Below the pieces are notes generated by a model. The model was given only the letters and a program-made list of their open reading frames with translations, did no database searches and had not been told where the DNA came from. The position numbers and the translations under genes are program-made. This document shows, one piece after another, positions 40,588-50,363 of a DNA stretch of 64,000 nucleotides (position 1 is its first letter; every line of letters starts with the position of its first letter). This DNA is from an uncultured Planctomycetaceae bacterium. GTDB lineage: Bacteria; Planctomycetota; Planctomycetia; Isosphaerales; Isosphaeraceae. The stretch spans positions 3,296,001-3,360,000 of the forward strand of contig CAWIAD010000001.1 in the NCBI GenBank assembly GCA_963833985.1, read 5' to 3'.

Positions 40588-41451
40588 TCAGAGGTCGCTG
40601 CCGGCGTTGAATGTATCTCCGCCACGCATGTCGCCGCTCACCAGTCCCCTGCGAAACCATTTGACGCGCTGGGCCGAACTGCCATGTGTGAACGAGTCAG
40701 GAACGACGTAGCCTTGAGCCTGCTTCTGGAGGGCGTCATCGCCAATCGCCGTCGCTGCGTTCAGTCCTGATTCGATGTCGCCGTCCTCGAGAATGTGCTT
40801 TTTCTTTTCAGCGTGGTGCGCCCAGACACCGGCGTAATAATCGGCCTGAAGCTCGAGCATCACCGAGAGCTTCTTGGCGTCGGTCCCGCCGACCCTGCGC
40901 TGGAGTTGCGTGACCTTGTCGCTGGTTCCGAGCAAGTTCTGCACATGGTGGCCGATCTCGTGGGCAATCACGTAAGCCTGGGCGAACTCTCCCGGCGCGT
41001 GGAATCGCTTCTTCAGCTCGTCATAAAAGGCCAGGTCGATGTAGACCTTCTGATCTGCCGGGCAGTAGAAGGGGCCGACAGCCGTGCTGGCCAGGCCGCA
41101 ACCCTCGGTGCTCACCCGGTCCGTGAAGAGGACCAGCCGCGGCTTATCGTAGGTACGTCCTGCCTGGGCAAAAAGGTCGGTCCAGACGTCTTCCGTCATG
41201 GCCAGGGTCGCCTTGACAAAGTCGGCCTGGCGTTCCTCCTCAGGGTTCCTGGCCTGTGGCTTTTGCTGTGCGGCGCCGGGCTGGCCCACCTGCATCCGCT
41301 GGAGCAAGGCCCTGGGATCGGCTCCGGTGAGGAAGCTCATCACCAGGACAATCAGAATCGTGCCCAGGCCGCCCCCGACGGCCACCTGGCCGGCCGAGAC
41401 TCCGCGTCGGTCCTCGACGTTGTCGCTCTTTCGCTCGTCTTGCCAGCGCAT
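40588..41451 (-). CDS. Neutral zinc metallopeptidase, YpfJ family
   Basis: SDNVEDRRG, GPFYCPADQKVYIDL, AHEIGHHVQ (HExxH), ELQAD, DSFTHGSSAQR. Confidence 0.95.
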   Translation of the reverse strand: MRWQDERKSDNVEDRRGVSAGQVAVGGGLGTILIVLVMSFLTGADPRALLQRMQVGQPGAAQQKPQARNPEEERQADFVKATLAMTEDVWTDLFAQAGRTYDKPRLVLFTDRVSTEGCGLASTAVGPFYCPADQKVYIDLAFYDELKKRFHAPGEFAQAYVIAHEIGHHVQNLLGTSDKVTQLQRRVGGTDAKKLSVMLELQADYYAGVWAHHAEKKKHILEDGDIESGLNAATAIGDDALQKQAQGYVVPDSFTHGSSAQRVKWFRRGLVSGDMRGGDTFNAGSDL

Positions 41452-41631
41452 GTGTCGCTCTCCGAGGTCAATGCCACGCGAACCGGTCACGGCGCGGTCA
41501 TAGTTTTCTCACCACGAATTAGCCTATGAACAGCCAAGCCGAAATCAAGCCGACGGCATTCAGGAAATCCGCCGGTCGGCCGTGGCCTGTCGAGGAATCC
41601 GTACCATGCTGGCCGGATGGCCGGCCCCGAG

Positions 41632-42870
41632 TCACGATCTGCCCAGTCGAACCTGGATGTCAGTTGGCTGACTGTTCCGGATCACCGTCACCCGGAGCAC
41701 CTCGCCGGGCTGGTGCTTTTCTACCTCGGTCAGCAGTTCGTCCACGGTCTTGACGCGGCGATGCTCGACGCCCACGATCAGGTCCGCCGAGTCCACATCC
41801 AGGTAGCGCCGGGCCAGCCCGAAGCCAAGGCGCTCTTCCTTGATCTGGGCCGGCTGGATCCCGGCTTGTTCCGCCGGACCGCCTGCTACCACGGCCATGA
41901 CCAGAAGGCCTTCCTCGGTGGCATAAACACGGGTAATGCCCAGATCGGCCCGGATGACCCGGCCGTTTTCGATGAGCGGCTTGAGGATGCGGGTGATCGC
42001 GTTGATCGGGACAGCAAAGCTGATGCCGGCGGACTGGCCCACCTGGCTGATGATGGCCGTATTCATGCCAATGACCTGGCCGCGAGAGTTTAGCAGCGGT
42101 CCGCCCGAGTTGCCGGGGTTGACCGCCGCGTCGGTCTGGATGATTCCCTTGATCATCCGCCCGTTCTTGGCACGGAGCGACCGATCCAGACTGCTGACGA
42201 TTCCCGATGTGAGCGTCCGCTCCAGGCCGAAGGGGTTGCCCAGAGCCATGATCTTCTGCCCGACCAGCACGCGTGACGAATCGCCAAACTTGACAGGAAA
42301 AAGCTTCTCGGCCGGGACGCGGATGAGCAGGACCGCAACGTCGTTGGACGCGTCCTGGCCGACGACTCTGGCAGGATGGGTCGAGCCGTCGAACATCGTC
42401 ACCCGTACGGCGTTGGCCCCCTGGATGACGTGAAAGTTGGTCAGCAAGTGGCCTTGCTTGTCGATGACGAAACCCGACCCGGTGCCCGTCGAGCTTTCCT
42501 CGCCGAAAAAGCCCATGCCCTCGGACTCGGTGGTGATGTTGACCACGCTCTTGTTGACCGTGGCATAGACCAGAACGTTGTTGCGTTCTTCGGGATCCAG
42601 CTCTTTGAGGACGTCCTCCGGCGGCGCGGGAGACTTCGGGTCGGGCAGCGGGACGGCCGGCACGGTCCGGTCGAGATCGCGCGGTACCGGAACCGGAGCC
42701 GGCGGCTGCGACCCGGGCTCCTGGCTGAGCGCCGGGATCTGGGCCAATGGAGGCCTGCGCATCAGGCCCAGGCGGCCACCGAAGAAGACGGCGACCGCCA
42801 GCAGGGTGATCGCGACCGCGAGGGCATGCGACGCGAGCCAGTACCGCATCGACATCCTGCCGGAACTCAT
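41632..42870 (-). CDS. HtrA/DegP-like serine protease with a PDZ domain
   Basis: GTGSGF, LTNFHV, DVAVL, QTDAAVNPGNSGGPL; N-terminal transmembrane helix. Confidence 0.95.
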   Translation of the reverse strand: MSSGRMSMRYWLASHALAVAITLLAVAVFFGGRLGLMRRPPLAQIPALSQEPGSQPPAPVPVPRDLDRTVPAVPLPDPKSPAPPEDVLKELDPEERNNVLVYATVNKSVVNITTESEGMGFFGEESSTGTGSGFVIDKQGHLLTNFHVIQGANAVRVTMFDGSTHPARVVGQDASNDVAVLLIRVPAEKLFPVKFGDSSRVLVGQKIMALGNPFGLERTLTSGIVSSLDRSLRAKNGRMIKGIIQTDAAVNPGNSGGPLLNSRGQVIGMNTAIISQVGQSAGISFAVPINAITRILKPLIENGRVIRADLGITRVYATEEGLLVMAVVAGGPAEQAGIQPAQIKEERLGFGLARRYLDVDSADLIVGVEHRRVKTVDELLTEVEKHQPGEVLRVTVIRNSQPTDIQVRLGRS

Positions 42871-43339
42871 GGATTCGGCTCCTGTTCTGGTCTTCCAAAG
42901 CCGCGCCCTGTGGCTTGGCTTGCGTCGACATCATTCTACGGCGAGGAGAATGGACAACCAACACCTCTTGGGTAAGTGAACTATCGGGCGCAAATCACGC
43001 CAGGGCACTCACTGATCAGGGCTGCTGGCCAGCGCGCGGACGATCGACGTCTCGACATCCTTCTCTGCTCACGTCCCAGCCGGCAGGACGAGCAGACCAG
43101 GAAGGCGGGCTCGCGGAAGACCACGCTGGGTGTCCTCCGGTCCTCGTGCCGCATGGCGCCGATCTCCCGAACGACGTGGCTCCAGCCGGTTGTGCCGCCA
43201 GCGCCGACACAAGTCGAAGACCGGGCCGAAAGTCGAGCTTCCGGCCGGCTTCACGACAAGGCTGGCTCTTGCCCCGTGCCGATTACGCCCTGGAATAGCC
43301 GCAAGGGGTGTCCTCTTTTGACATTCCTGGGCATCGACA

Positions 43340-45055
43340 TCAGGAAGCGACTGGCTGAAGAGTGAACCCTGCCAGGCGACCGGCTCCCGGACCCATTCTG
43401 GCTGAGCCGTTTTCGCCGGGCCGGGCCGAGTGCACATCGTCCGAGGCGGCCTCGCCGCTCTGTTTGTACTGAAACCTTCCGACCTGCTTCTGAAGATCGA
43501 CGGCCAGCTCGGCCAGCTCGACAGCGGCTCTTCGAGTCTCGCTGACTCCGTCGGAGGTGTCGCGTGTCGCGGTCACGAGATCGGTGATGATGCGGTTGAT
43601 TTCGCCGCTTCCCATTGCGGATTCCTGCATGTTACGAGACATCTCGCTGGTGGTTGCCGTCTGCTCCTCCACGGCGCTGGCGATGTTGGCCTGAATCTCG
43701 TTGATCTGCTTGATGATCGTGCCGATCTGGTCGATCGCCTGCACGGCTCCGTACGTGTTCTTCTGGATGGCCTCGATTTTATGGCCGATGTCCTCGGTTG
43801 CGAGAGCGGTCTGCTTGGCCAGTTCCTTGACCTCGTTGGCGACCACGGCGAACCCCTTGCCCGCCTCGCCGGCGCGCGCCGCCTCGATGGTGGCGTTGAG
43901 GGCCAGGAGATTGGTCTGACCCGCAATGGACGTGATGACCTTGAGCACGCCACCAATCTCGGCGCTGGACTCGCCAAGCTGGGCGACAGTCGTGTTGGTC
44001 TGGTCCGCGACAGCGACCGCAATGGCGGCCACCTTGGCGGCCTCCGCGGCGTTCCTGGCAATCTCGCAAATCGTGGCGCTCATTTCCTCGCTGCCAGCCG
44101 AGACAGTGTGGATGCCGTTATTGACCTGCTCGGTCGCGCTGGACACCACGCCCGCCTGGGCCGCGGTCTCCTCGGACGCGGAGCTCAGGGACTGACTGAT
44201 CTCCGAGAGACGTGCTGAGGAGGTCGCGAGTTTCCTTGCGCCGCGGTCGATCGCCTCCAGTGCACGGCTCATATTCTCCAGGGCCTCGTTGAGCGCTTGA
44301 CCCATCAGGCCAATCTCATCATGCGAGTCCACGCTCAATCGGGACCTCAGATCGCCGCCGGACACAGCGCGGAGCACCTGCACCGTCTTGCTCAGGGGGC
44401 GGGTGATCCCTCGCACGATCCAGATCGACAGGCATATCACGGTTGCCATCAGGAAGCAGGTCAGTGTGGCGACCAGGACGATCCGGTCACGAACCGAATG
44501 CGCGGCGTTGGCCTCGATCTCCGCGTTTCGCTCGTTGGCGAGCTGGATCACTTGCTCGATGGCCTGCTGGTGCTCGCGAAATCGCCGATCAAGTTCTCCC
44601 TCGACGAGCCCCCGCGACTTCTCGCGATTCCCGGTCTCGACGGCCGGAATGAATTGCTCCTCAAGGATCCGGAAGTACTCCATTGCCGGGCGGTAACAGT
44701 CGCTGGTCGCCGCCTTCTTGAATGACCCGGAGGGAAGTTCCTTTTCCCAGAACGCATGGCGATCCTCGTACTCCCTCTTGAGCCTCCGGGAATGCTCGAC
44801 GAGTTGCTGCAATCCGTTGCGGTCGGTTATCGTCGCCATCTGATGAGCCAGCAGGTGGGACTCGATGATGTACTCCGGGGGCGGCAGGAAGTCAGCGACC
44901 AGATCCTTGCCCAGCACCAGATCTTTGTAGACGCTGCCATTGATCTTGTAGGTCTGGAAGGTAGAGAACACGAGCCCAGCAAAGAACAGAAAACCCACGA
45001 GGAACAGGGTCACCAGTATCGTCAGTCTGAATTTGATTGTCATGAAGCTTCTCAT
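43340..45055 (-). CDS. Methyl-accepting chemotaxis protein (periplasmic helical sensor, HAMP and signalling domains)
   Basis: Two transmembrane helices, HAMP (DEIG), and [37 protein letters not shown]. Confidence 0.96.
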   Translation of the reverse strand: MRSFMTIKFRLTILVTLFLVGFLFFAGLVFSTFQTYKINGSVYKDLVLGKDLVADFLPPPEYIIESHLLAHQMATITDRNGLQQLVEHSRRLKREYEDRHAFWEKELPSGSFKKAATSDCYRPAMEYFRILEEQFIPAVETGNREKSRGLVEGELDRRFREHQQAIEQVIQLANERNAEIEANAAHSVRDRIVLVATLTCFLMATVICLSIWIVRGITRPLSKTVQVLRAVSGGDLRSRLSVDSHDEIGLMGQALNEALENMSRALEAIDRGARKLATSSARLSEISQSLSSASEETAAQAGVVSSATEQVNNGIHTVSAGSEEMSATICEIARNAAEAAKVAAIAVAVADQTNTTVAQLGESSAEIGGVLKVITSIAGQTNLLALNATIEAARAGEAGKGFAVVANEVKELAKQTALATEDIGHKIEAIQKNTYGAVQAIDQIGTIIKQINEIQANIASAVEEQTATTSEMSRNMQESAMGSGEINRIITDLVTATRDTSDGVSETRRAAVELAELAVDLQKQVGRFQYKQSGEAASDDVHSARPGENGSARMGPGAGRLAGFTLQPVAS

Positions 45056-45759
45056 CGTGCTCCCCAGGTGCTCGGCAACTGGTCGAAATGGCTTTCTTCG
45101 GGCAGAGTTCTTCGTGGCGCAGCAAATGCACGAGCAGAGCGCGGTCGTGCACCTGGAGCCTGAAGGGTCCTTCGAGTGTGAAACTCGGAATACCGCCAGG
45201 AATTCCTGTTTGCGCCAGGGTTCCGATGGGCCCTGCGCTTCCTTGCTCGGGTGTGAGAACACGCGGGCGCCTGGCTTCGGGATGCAGCCTGCCGCAATCT
45301 CATGCTATGGAACCCCTAGTACGCGAAAGCGACCCAGGCCAGCGCTGCGCGTTGAGAATCCCTCCTGGATGGTACTTTCCTCATTTCTCGTTCGTTCTTC
45401 GCCGTCGATCCGCATACTCCAATTCAGGGGCCGGCCCTGGCAGGCACGGATCGCGCGCCGTACGTGGTAGACCCTTCCGGCTCTGCCGCGATCGCGACAA
45501 CCGGGGAGAGAGTACCGAAGGGGATGGAAACACGGAACATCACGCGATGGCATGCCACAAACTCTAAACGCCATGAAGAAAATCAAAAAAGAACCAACAG
45601 CGACATAACTCAATCAGGAAACGCACGGCCCTTGTATCATGGCAAGGACTCGTGGAGGAAACTTGCGCCGCGGTCAGGGCGCAACGGAACACGGCGCGGA
45701 TGTGTCACCTGCTCCGAGAGGGCTTGAATCGCCACGCGTCCAACCGGTGGTGAGTCGAC

Positions 45760-45937
45760 AAGGAGATTCGAGATGATGACAGGAATCAGAGCTGTCGCGG
45801 TTGTGTTACTGCTCGGGCAGCTCGCGAGCGCCCAGGTGGGTGGGAACAAAGGAGATTCGAGATGATGACAGGAATCAGAGCTGTCGCGGTTGTGTTACTG
45901 CTCGGGCAGCTCGCGAGCGCCCAGGTGGGTGGGAACA
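45760..45937 (+). repeat. Perfect 89-bp tandem duplication of RBS + start codon + signal peptide
   Basis: AAGGAGATTCGAGATGATGACAGG...GGTGGGAACA at 45760-45848 and again at 45849-45937. Confidence 0.97.
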
Positions 45938-46773
45938 TCGGTTACGGTCAGCAGGGCGGACGCTCGCGGGCGGAGCAGAACGAGCATGCGAAGCGAGTTC
46001 TCACCCGCGAGGAGATGCCGCCGACGGATACGGCGATGTTCGTCGACGCGAGCGTTCTGATGAACGTCAAGGCCGATCAGTTCGTGGCCACCTTCGGAAT
46101 CGCGGAAGAGGCTCCCTCGATCGAGGAGTGTCAGCAACGCATGAACGCGACCGTGGCCGCATTCACCGAGGCAGTTCGGCCGCTGGGCATCGGGCCCGAG
46201 GCACTGTTCGTTGATTTCACTGCGGAGACGAAGGTTTACGACTACAAGCTCGATGGCAATGTCGCCAGCGAGCGGCTTGCGGGGTTTGAGGTCAAGAAAA
46301 CCATCGCAGTCCGCTACCGCGAGCAGGCATTGATCGACCGCCTGATCATCGCCGCAAGCAAGGCCAGGGTGCACGACCTGATCAAGGTGGATTATGTGGT
46401 GACGGACCTGGGGCCCATCCAGGATCGGGTCGGCGAGGAGGCGGTTGCCGTCATCAAGAGCAAGGCCGATCGCTACCAGCGGCTCCTTGGGATCAAGACT
46501 CGCTCCGCTCCCAGGGTCTACGCGGAGCGAATGTCTGCCTACTACCCCAGCGAGATGTACAGTTCCTACGTGGCCTCGGAATCCGGGAACGTGAATGCGG
46601 GCTTCGACCGCTCGCGCATGACAGTACACGACGTACGCAAGAGCCGCACATTTTTTTTCCACCCGCTCGATGGCAACGGGTTCGACCGCGTGATCAATCC
46701 CGTTGTCCTGGAGCCCGTGGTCCAGTTCACCCTCTACCTCAAGCTGAAATACGAGACCGACGGCAAGCCCTGA
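45862..46773 (+). CDS. SIMPL (DUF541) domain secreted protein
   Basis: Signal peptide; VLMNVKADQFVATFGI, GFEVKKTIAVRY, DLIKVDYVV, PVVQFTLYLKLKY. Confidence 0.8.
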   Translation: MMTGIRAVAVVLLLGQLASAQVGGNIGYGQQGGRSRAEQNEHAKRVLTREEMPPTDTAMFVDASVLMNVKADQFVATFGIAEEAPSIEECQQRMNATVAAFTEAVRPLGIGPEALFVDFTAETKVYDYKLDGNVASERLAGFEVKKTIAVRYREQALIDRLIIAASKARVHDLIKVDYVVTDLGPIQDRVGEEAVAVIKSKADRYQRLLGIKTRSAPRVYAERMSAYYPSEMYSSYVASESGNVNAGFDRSRMTVHDVRKSRTFFFHPLDGNGFDRVINPVVLEPVVQFTLYLKLKYETDGKP

Positions 46774-47001
46774 ACGGGCACCCGACCGGTCTGCCAGAGG
46801 CCGTGACCGTCAGGATGGAACACAGCCTGGAGAGACAGACCGAGAGTCCAGGCGAGCCGGGTGGGAGGTTGGACCGCACCTGGCTTGCTTGCGATCGCCC
46901 TTCCACCTCCGCCGCATGGCCGCTATGATCATGCACCCGGAGAGGGACGGATCCGAAGGGGGAACGCATCTGCCACCGCCTCGCTCACGGAGGAGCCCGC
47001 C

Positions 47002-48666
47002 ATGTCGCTCCCGACCCCGTCGAACGCTCCGCGCAACGCTGGGCCGGGCCGCACGACGGAGCGCGGGCCGGGCCTGTTCCACGACCCGGGAAACGTTCAC
47101 GACGTGTTCCTGGGTGCCTTCCGCCGCGACATCCAGGCATTCTACCCGGGAAGCCGCATCGAGCGCGAGCCCGGCCTGGTGCTGGCCGGACAGACGTTCT
47201 CCACGCCCCGCTCCGCCCCTGCATCCGGCCTCGAATTCCAGCTCGATGCGACCAGCGACTTCGGCGGCGCGATCCGGGTGGGCCTGTTCGGCGCCTGGTA
47301 TCGCCTTAGCCTGCCGTGCAAGCCCGCTCCGGCACCTCGCGACCTGGAGCTGATCCGGGCGATCGGGCAGGTAATGGAGATGCACCACCAGGCGCTCTTC
47401 GGCTGGTCTCGCGTGACGCTCTTGCAGCTCCGCCGGGGCATGCCCGAGGACCACTACGTCGCCGCCGCCGTGGACCCGTTCGCCTACGAGGCCACGTCAT
47501 CGTCGCTCAGCCGGATCGCCGACGCGATCCTCACCCTGCGCACGATGGCTCTGTCCACTTACGAGAATCGCCGCGTCACGACCGGCACGCTGATCCTGGG
47601 CCAGAGCGCTCTCACCGGCTCGCTGCCCCCGAGCTGGAATGGCCCGGCCGTTCCCGAGGCCCTCACGTTCGGAGTGGAACTGACCGCACTCAAGACGCTG
47701 CACCGACTGTGCGACGGACGCAGGACGGTCTTCCTGGTGGACGAGCACGGGAAGCTGGCCGACGTGGTGGACATTCGCCGCTGGGCCAGCCGCGCCGTCA
47801 AGGCTGATCATCCGCCCTTGTTCGCCGTTCCGCGGGATGAGCCGGACGCGATCGGGCCTCTGCTCTCGGTCCCTTGCCCGAGGATGTACACGTACCACGC
47901 CCTGGCCACGCAGGCCGGGGGCCATGTCTGCCTGGTGCTCAGCCCGAACCAGGAGATCAAGGTGTTCGCCGGCGGGGTGCAGGCGTTCGTCTTCGCGCAC
48001 GGCCGCTGGCGGGTGCTCGACCCGGAATCCAAGTTCGCGCTCTGGGCCGAGGCGGTGGCCCATCCCCGGCTGGCTCACGTCCTGTTCCAGACCGCGCTCG
48101 ACCTGGCCGAGGAACGGCAGGGAGGACTGCTGGTCGTCGTGTCCGACCCGGAGCAGGTGATCGGCCGGCTGGTGCCGCCTTACGACGTGCTGGAGATGGA
48201 TCTGGCGAGCGCTTCCGGAGCTGTCAGCAGTGATTCGCAGCAAACTCCGTTCGCCGTGGTGAGTGCGGTTCTGGATCCGGAAAGCTCGCGAACCGAGAGC
48301 GGAGCCCCCGATCTCACGGAGGTCCCGTTCCCGAGCCCGAACGAGCCGCTGTCGAAGCGATCCATCCACTACCTGGCTCGGGGTGCCCGGGTCACCGAGC
48401 TGGACCCCGCGGTGCTCGAATCCCTGGCCAGCCTGGACGGAGCCCTGGTCGCCGATACCCAGGGTCGACTGATCGCGTTCGGAGCCATTCTGCGCCACGA
48501 CCGCAAGTCGCTCTCCACTTATGACCTGGCGTCTCCCCCCGCGGCCGCCGAAGGCGCGCGCACCACCGCGGCCATCGTCGCCAGCCGTTTCGGCCCGGTC
48601 CTCAAGATCAGCGAGGACGGTATCGTTTCCTGCTTCATCGGCGGCGCCAGGGCATGGGACCTGTGA
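47002..48666 (+). CDS. DisA/diadenylate-cyclase (DAC)-like domain protein with a divergent RHR motif
   Basis: AEERQGGLLVV, LASLDGALV..GRLIAFGAIL and EGARTTAA..S..GPVLKISEDG match the DAC fold, with DGA intact and RHR replaced by RTT. Confidence 0.8.
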   Translation: MSLPTPSNAPRNAGPGRTTERGPGLFHDPGNVHDVFLGAFRRDIQAFYPGSRIEREPGLVLAGQTFSTPRSAPASGLEFQLDATSDFGGAIRVGLFGAWYRLSLPCKPAPAPRDLELIRAIGQVMEMHHQALFGWSRVTLLQLRRGMPEDHYVAAAVDPFAYEATSSSLSRIADAILTLRTMALSTYENRRVTTGTLILGQSALTGSLPPSWNGPAVPEALTFGVELTALKTLHRLCDGRRTVFLVDEHGKLADVVDIRRWASRAVKADHPPLFAVPRDEPDAIGPLLSVPCPRMYTYHALATQAGGHVCLVLSPNQEIKVFAGGVQAFVFAHGRWRVLDPESKFALWAEAVAHPRLAHVLFQTALDLAEERQGGLLVVVSDPEQVIGRLVPPYDVLEMDLASASGAVSSDSQQTPFAVVSAVLDPESSRTESGAPDLTEVPFPSPNEPLSKRSIHYLARGARVTELDPAVLESLASLDGALVADTQGRLIAFGAILRHDRKSLSTYDLASPPAAAEGARTTAAIVASRFGPVLKISEDGIVSCFIGGARAWDL

Positions 48667-48857
48667 CCGGAAACTCCCCGGTGTCCCAGGCCGTTCCGGC
48701 CCACCTGGCGAAACCTGACCGGCGCAGGCGGTAGTACCTAGCCAACTTGGGCCGGCAATCTGTATCTTGCGCACCGCAGGTCCAGGCTTGGCGGCATCCA
48801 GTCTGGTTCGATGATGCCGCGATGGAGACGCAGAGACGCGAGGCAAGGAGGATACCG

Positions 48858-50303
48858 ATGGTCCGGTGCTGGTGGTACGGATGGACCGCGCTGGCGGTTG
48901 GCTTGGTAGCGTGCGGAGACGGAACACCGGCACGGGCCCGCGATCGGGCAAGCGACGGAACACCGGCAGGCCTGGCGGCCCGACTGGCCGCCACACGCCC
49001 GCCCGAGGCTCAAGCCGGGAACGGACTGGCTCACCAGTTCGCGGCGATTCGCGACGAGTACGAGGCGGAGCTGAAACAGGCTTCGATCGAGTCCGAGAAG
49101 GGGAAGTCCGACTTCGAGCGCATCCAGATCTATGGCCGGCTCGTGCCGGATGAGGCGGCGTTTGCTCACCGCATGGTCGACCTGGCCGCCAGCGATCCGC
49201 TCAACCCGGCCGCGCGCGATGCAATGGTGTGGGTGATCGACAAGCCGGGCATGGGTCCCTCCGGCCCCTACAGCGACGAATTCACCCGCGCCGTGCTGCT
49301 ACTCTTGCGGAACCACGCCGACGATCCGGAGGTGGCCCGTGCCAGCCTGGCCCTCGACAATCTGTGCTCGCCGGCGCGCGACCTCTTGCTGGAGGGGCTT
49401 TATGTGCGTACCCGGGGGCACGAGGCACGGGGCCTGGCCACGGCGGCCCTGGCGCAGTATCTCCAGCAGAAATCCAGGATGGCGGCCGCGTTCAGGAATC
49501 CCGATAGTCCGACGAAGATGAAGTTCCGCACGCTCGATGAGCATGGCAAGCTCGTCGAGAAGGAGATGGAGCTCCCCCAGGAGGAGCTCGCCTACAGGAT
49601 CCATCTTCGGATGTCCGACCCGCAGTTGATTCAAGCTGAAGCCCGGCGGCTGTTCGACGAGCTCATCAAGGATTACGGCGATGTCCCGTACAGCACCCGG
49701 CAGGAGCGGCAGCTCGAAGCGATCCTGAGCCAGCCGCAACCCAGCTGGAACGGCCGCATGCTCACTCCCGATGAGATTCAGCAAGGCCGGCGCATGCTGG
49801 CCCACAAGAGAACGCTGGCGGACGCTGCCAGGGCGCGGCTCGACGAGATGGAGAACCTGGTGGCCGGCAAGCCCGCACCGCCCATCGGGGGCCTGGGCAT
49901 GGACGGCAAGCCGCTGAAGCTGGCCGACTATCGTGGCAAGGTCGTGGTGCTCGTCTTCTGGGGCACCTGGTGCGGGCCCTGCATGCAGGAAGTCCCTCAC
50001 GAGCGCGAACTGGTGGAGCGCTACAAGGGGCGCCCCTTCGCGCTGCTCGGCGTCGACTGCGAATCGAACAAGGCGGCCGCGCTGAAGGTCATGAAGGAGC
50101 AGAGGATCACGTGGCCGAACTGGAACGACGGCGACCCGGGCGAGGGCCCGATCGCCCGGGCCTATCACGTCCGCGGCTATCCGACGATCCTCGTCATCGA
50201 CGCCAAAGGGATGATTCGCCAGCTCAACGCTATCGGCTCCGCGCTGGACAAGGTCCTCGAGGATCTCCTGAAGGAGACGGAAGCCGCGGTCGCGGGGAAG
50301 TGA
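48858..50303 (+). CDS. TlpA-family thioredoxin-like (lipo)protein with a long helical N-terminus
   Basis: GKPAPPI.G..DGKPLKLADYRGKVVVLVFWGTWCGPC; YHVRGYPT; lipobox-like LVAC. Confidence 0.9.
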   Translation: MVRCWWYGWTALAVGLVACGDGTPARARDRASDGTPAGLAARLAATRPPEAQAGNGLAHQFAAIRDEYEAELKQASIESEKGKSDFERIQIYGRLVPDEAAFAHRMVDLAASDPLNPAARDAMVWVIDKPGMGPSGPYSDEFTRAVLLLLRNHADDPEVARASLALDNLCSPARDLLLEGLYVRTRGHEARGLATAALAQYLQQKSRMAAAFRNPDSPTKMKFRTLDEHGKLVEKEMELPQEELAYRIHLRMSDPQLIQAEARRLFDELIKDYGDVPYSTRQERQLEAILSQPQPSWNGRMLTPDEIQQGRRMLAHKRTLADAARARLDEMENLVAGKPAPPIGGLGMDGKPLKLADYRGKVVVLVFWGTWCGPCMQEVPHERELVERYKGRPFALLGVDCESNKAAALKVMKEQRITWPNWNDGDPGEGPIARAYHVRGYPTILVIDAKGMIRQLNAIGSALDKVLEDLLKETEAAVAGK

Positions 50304-50363
50304 CTGCGGCAACCAGCACCCGTAGGGCCGGGCCCAGGAGCCTGCTGAAGCTCGAGGCACGGG

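Noticed and set aside
45070..45240. c-di-GMP-I riboswitch upstream of the MCP (minus strand CAGGGC..CGCAAA..GTTGCC)
   Set aside because: It lacks the GGCAAA element and the GAAA tetraloop/receptor, and the spacing is too long. An Rfam RF01051 hit would be needed.
45760..45937. CRISPR array
   Set aside because: There are only two adjacent 89-bp copies, no spacers and no cas genes.
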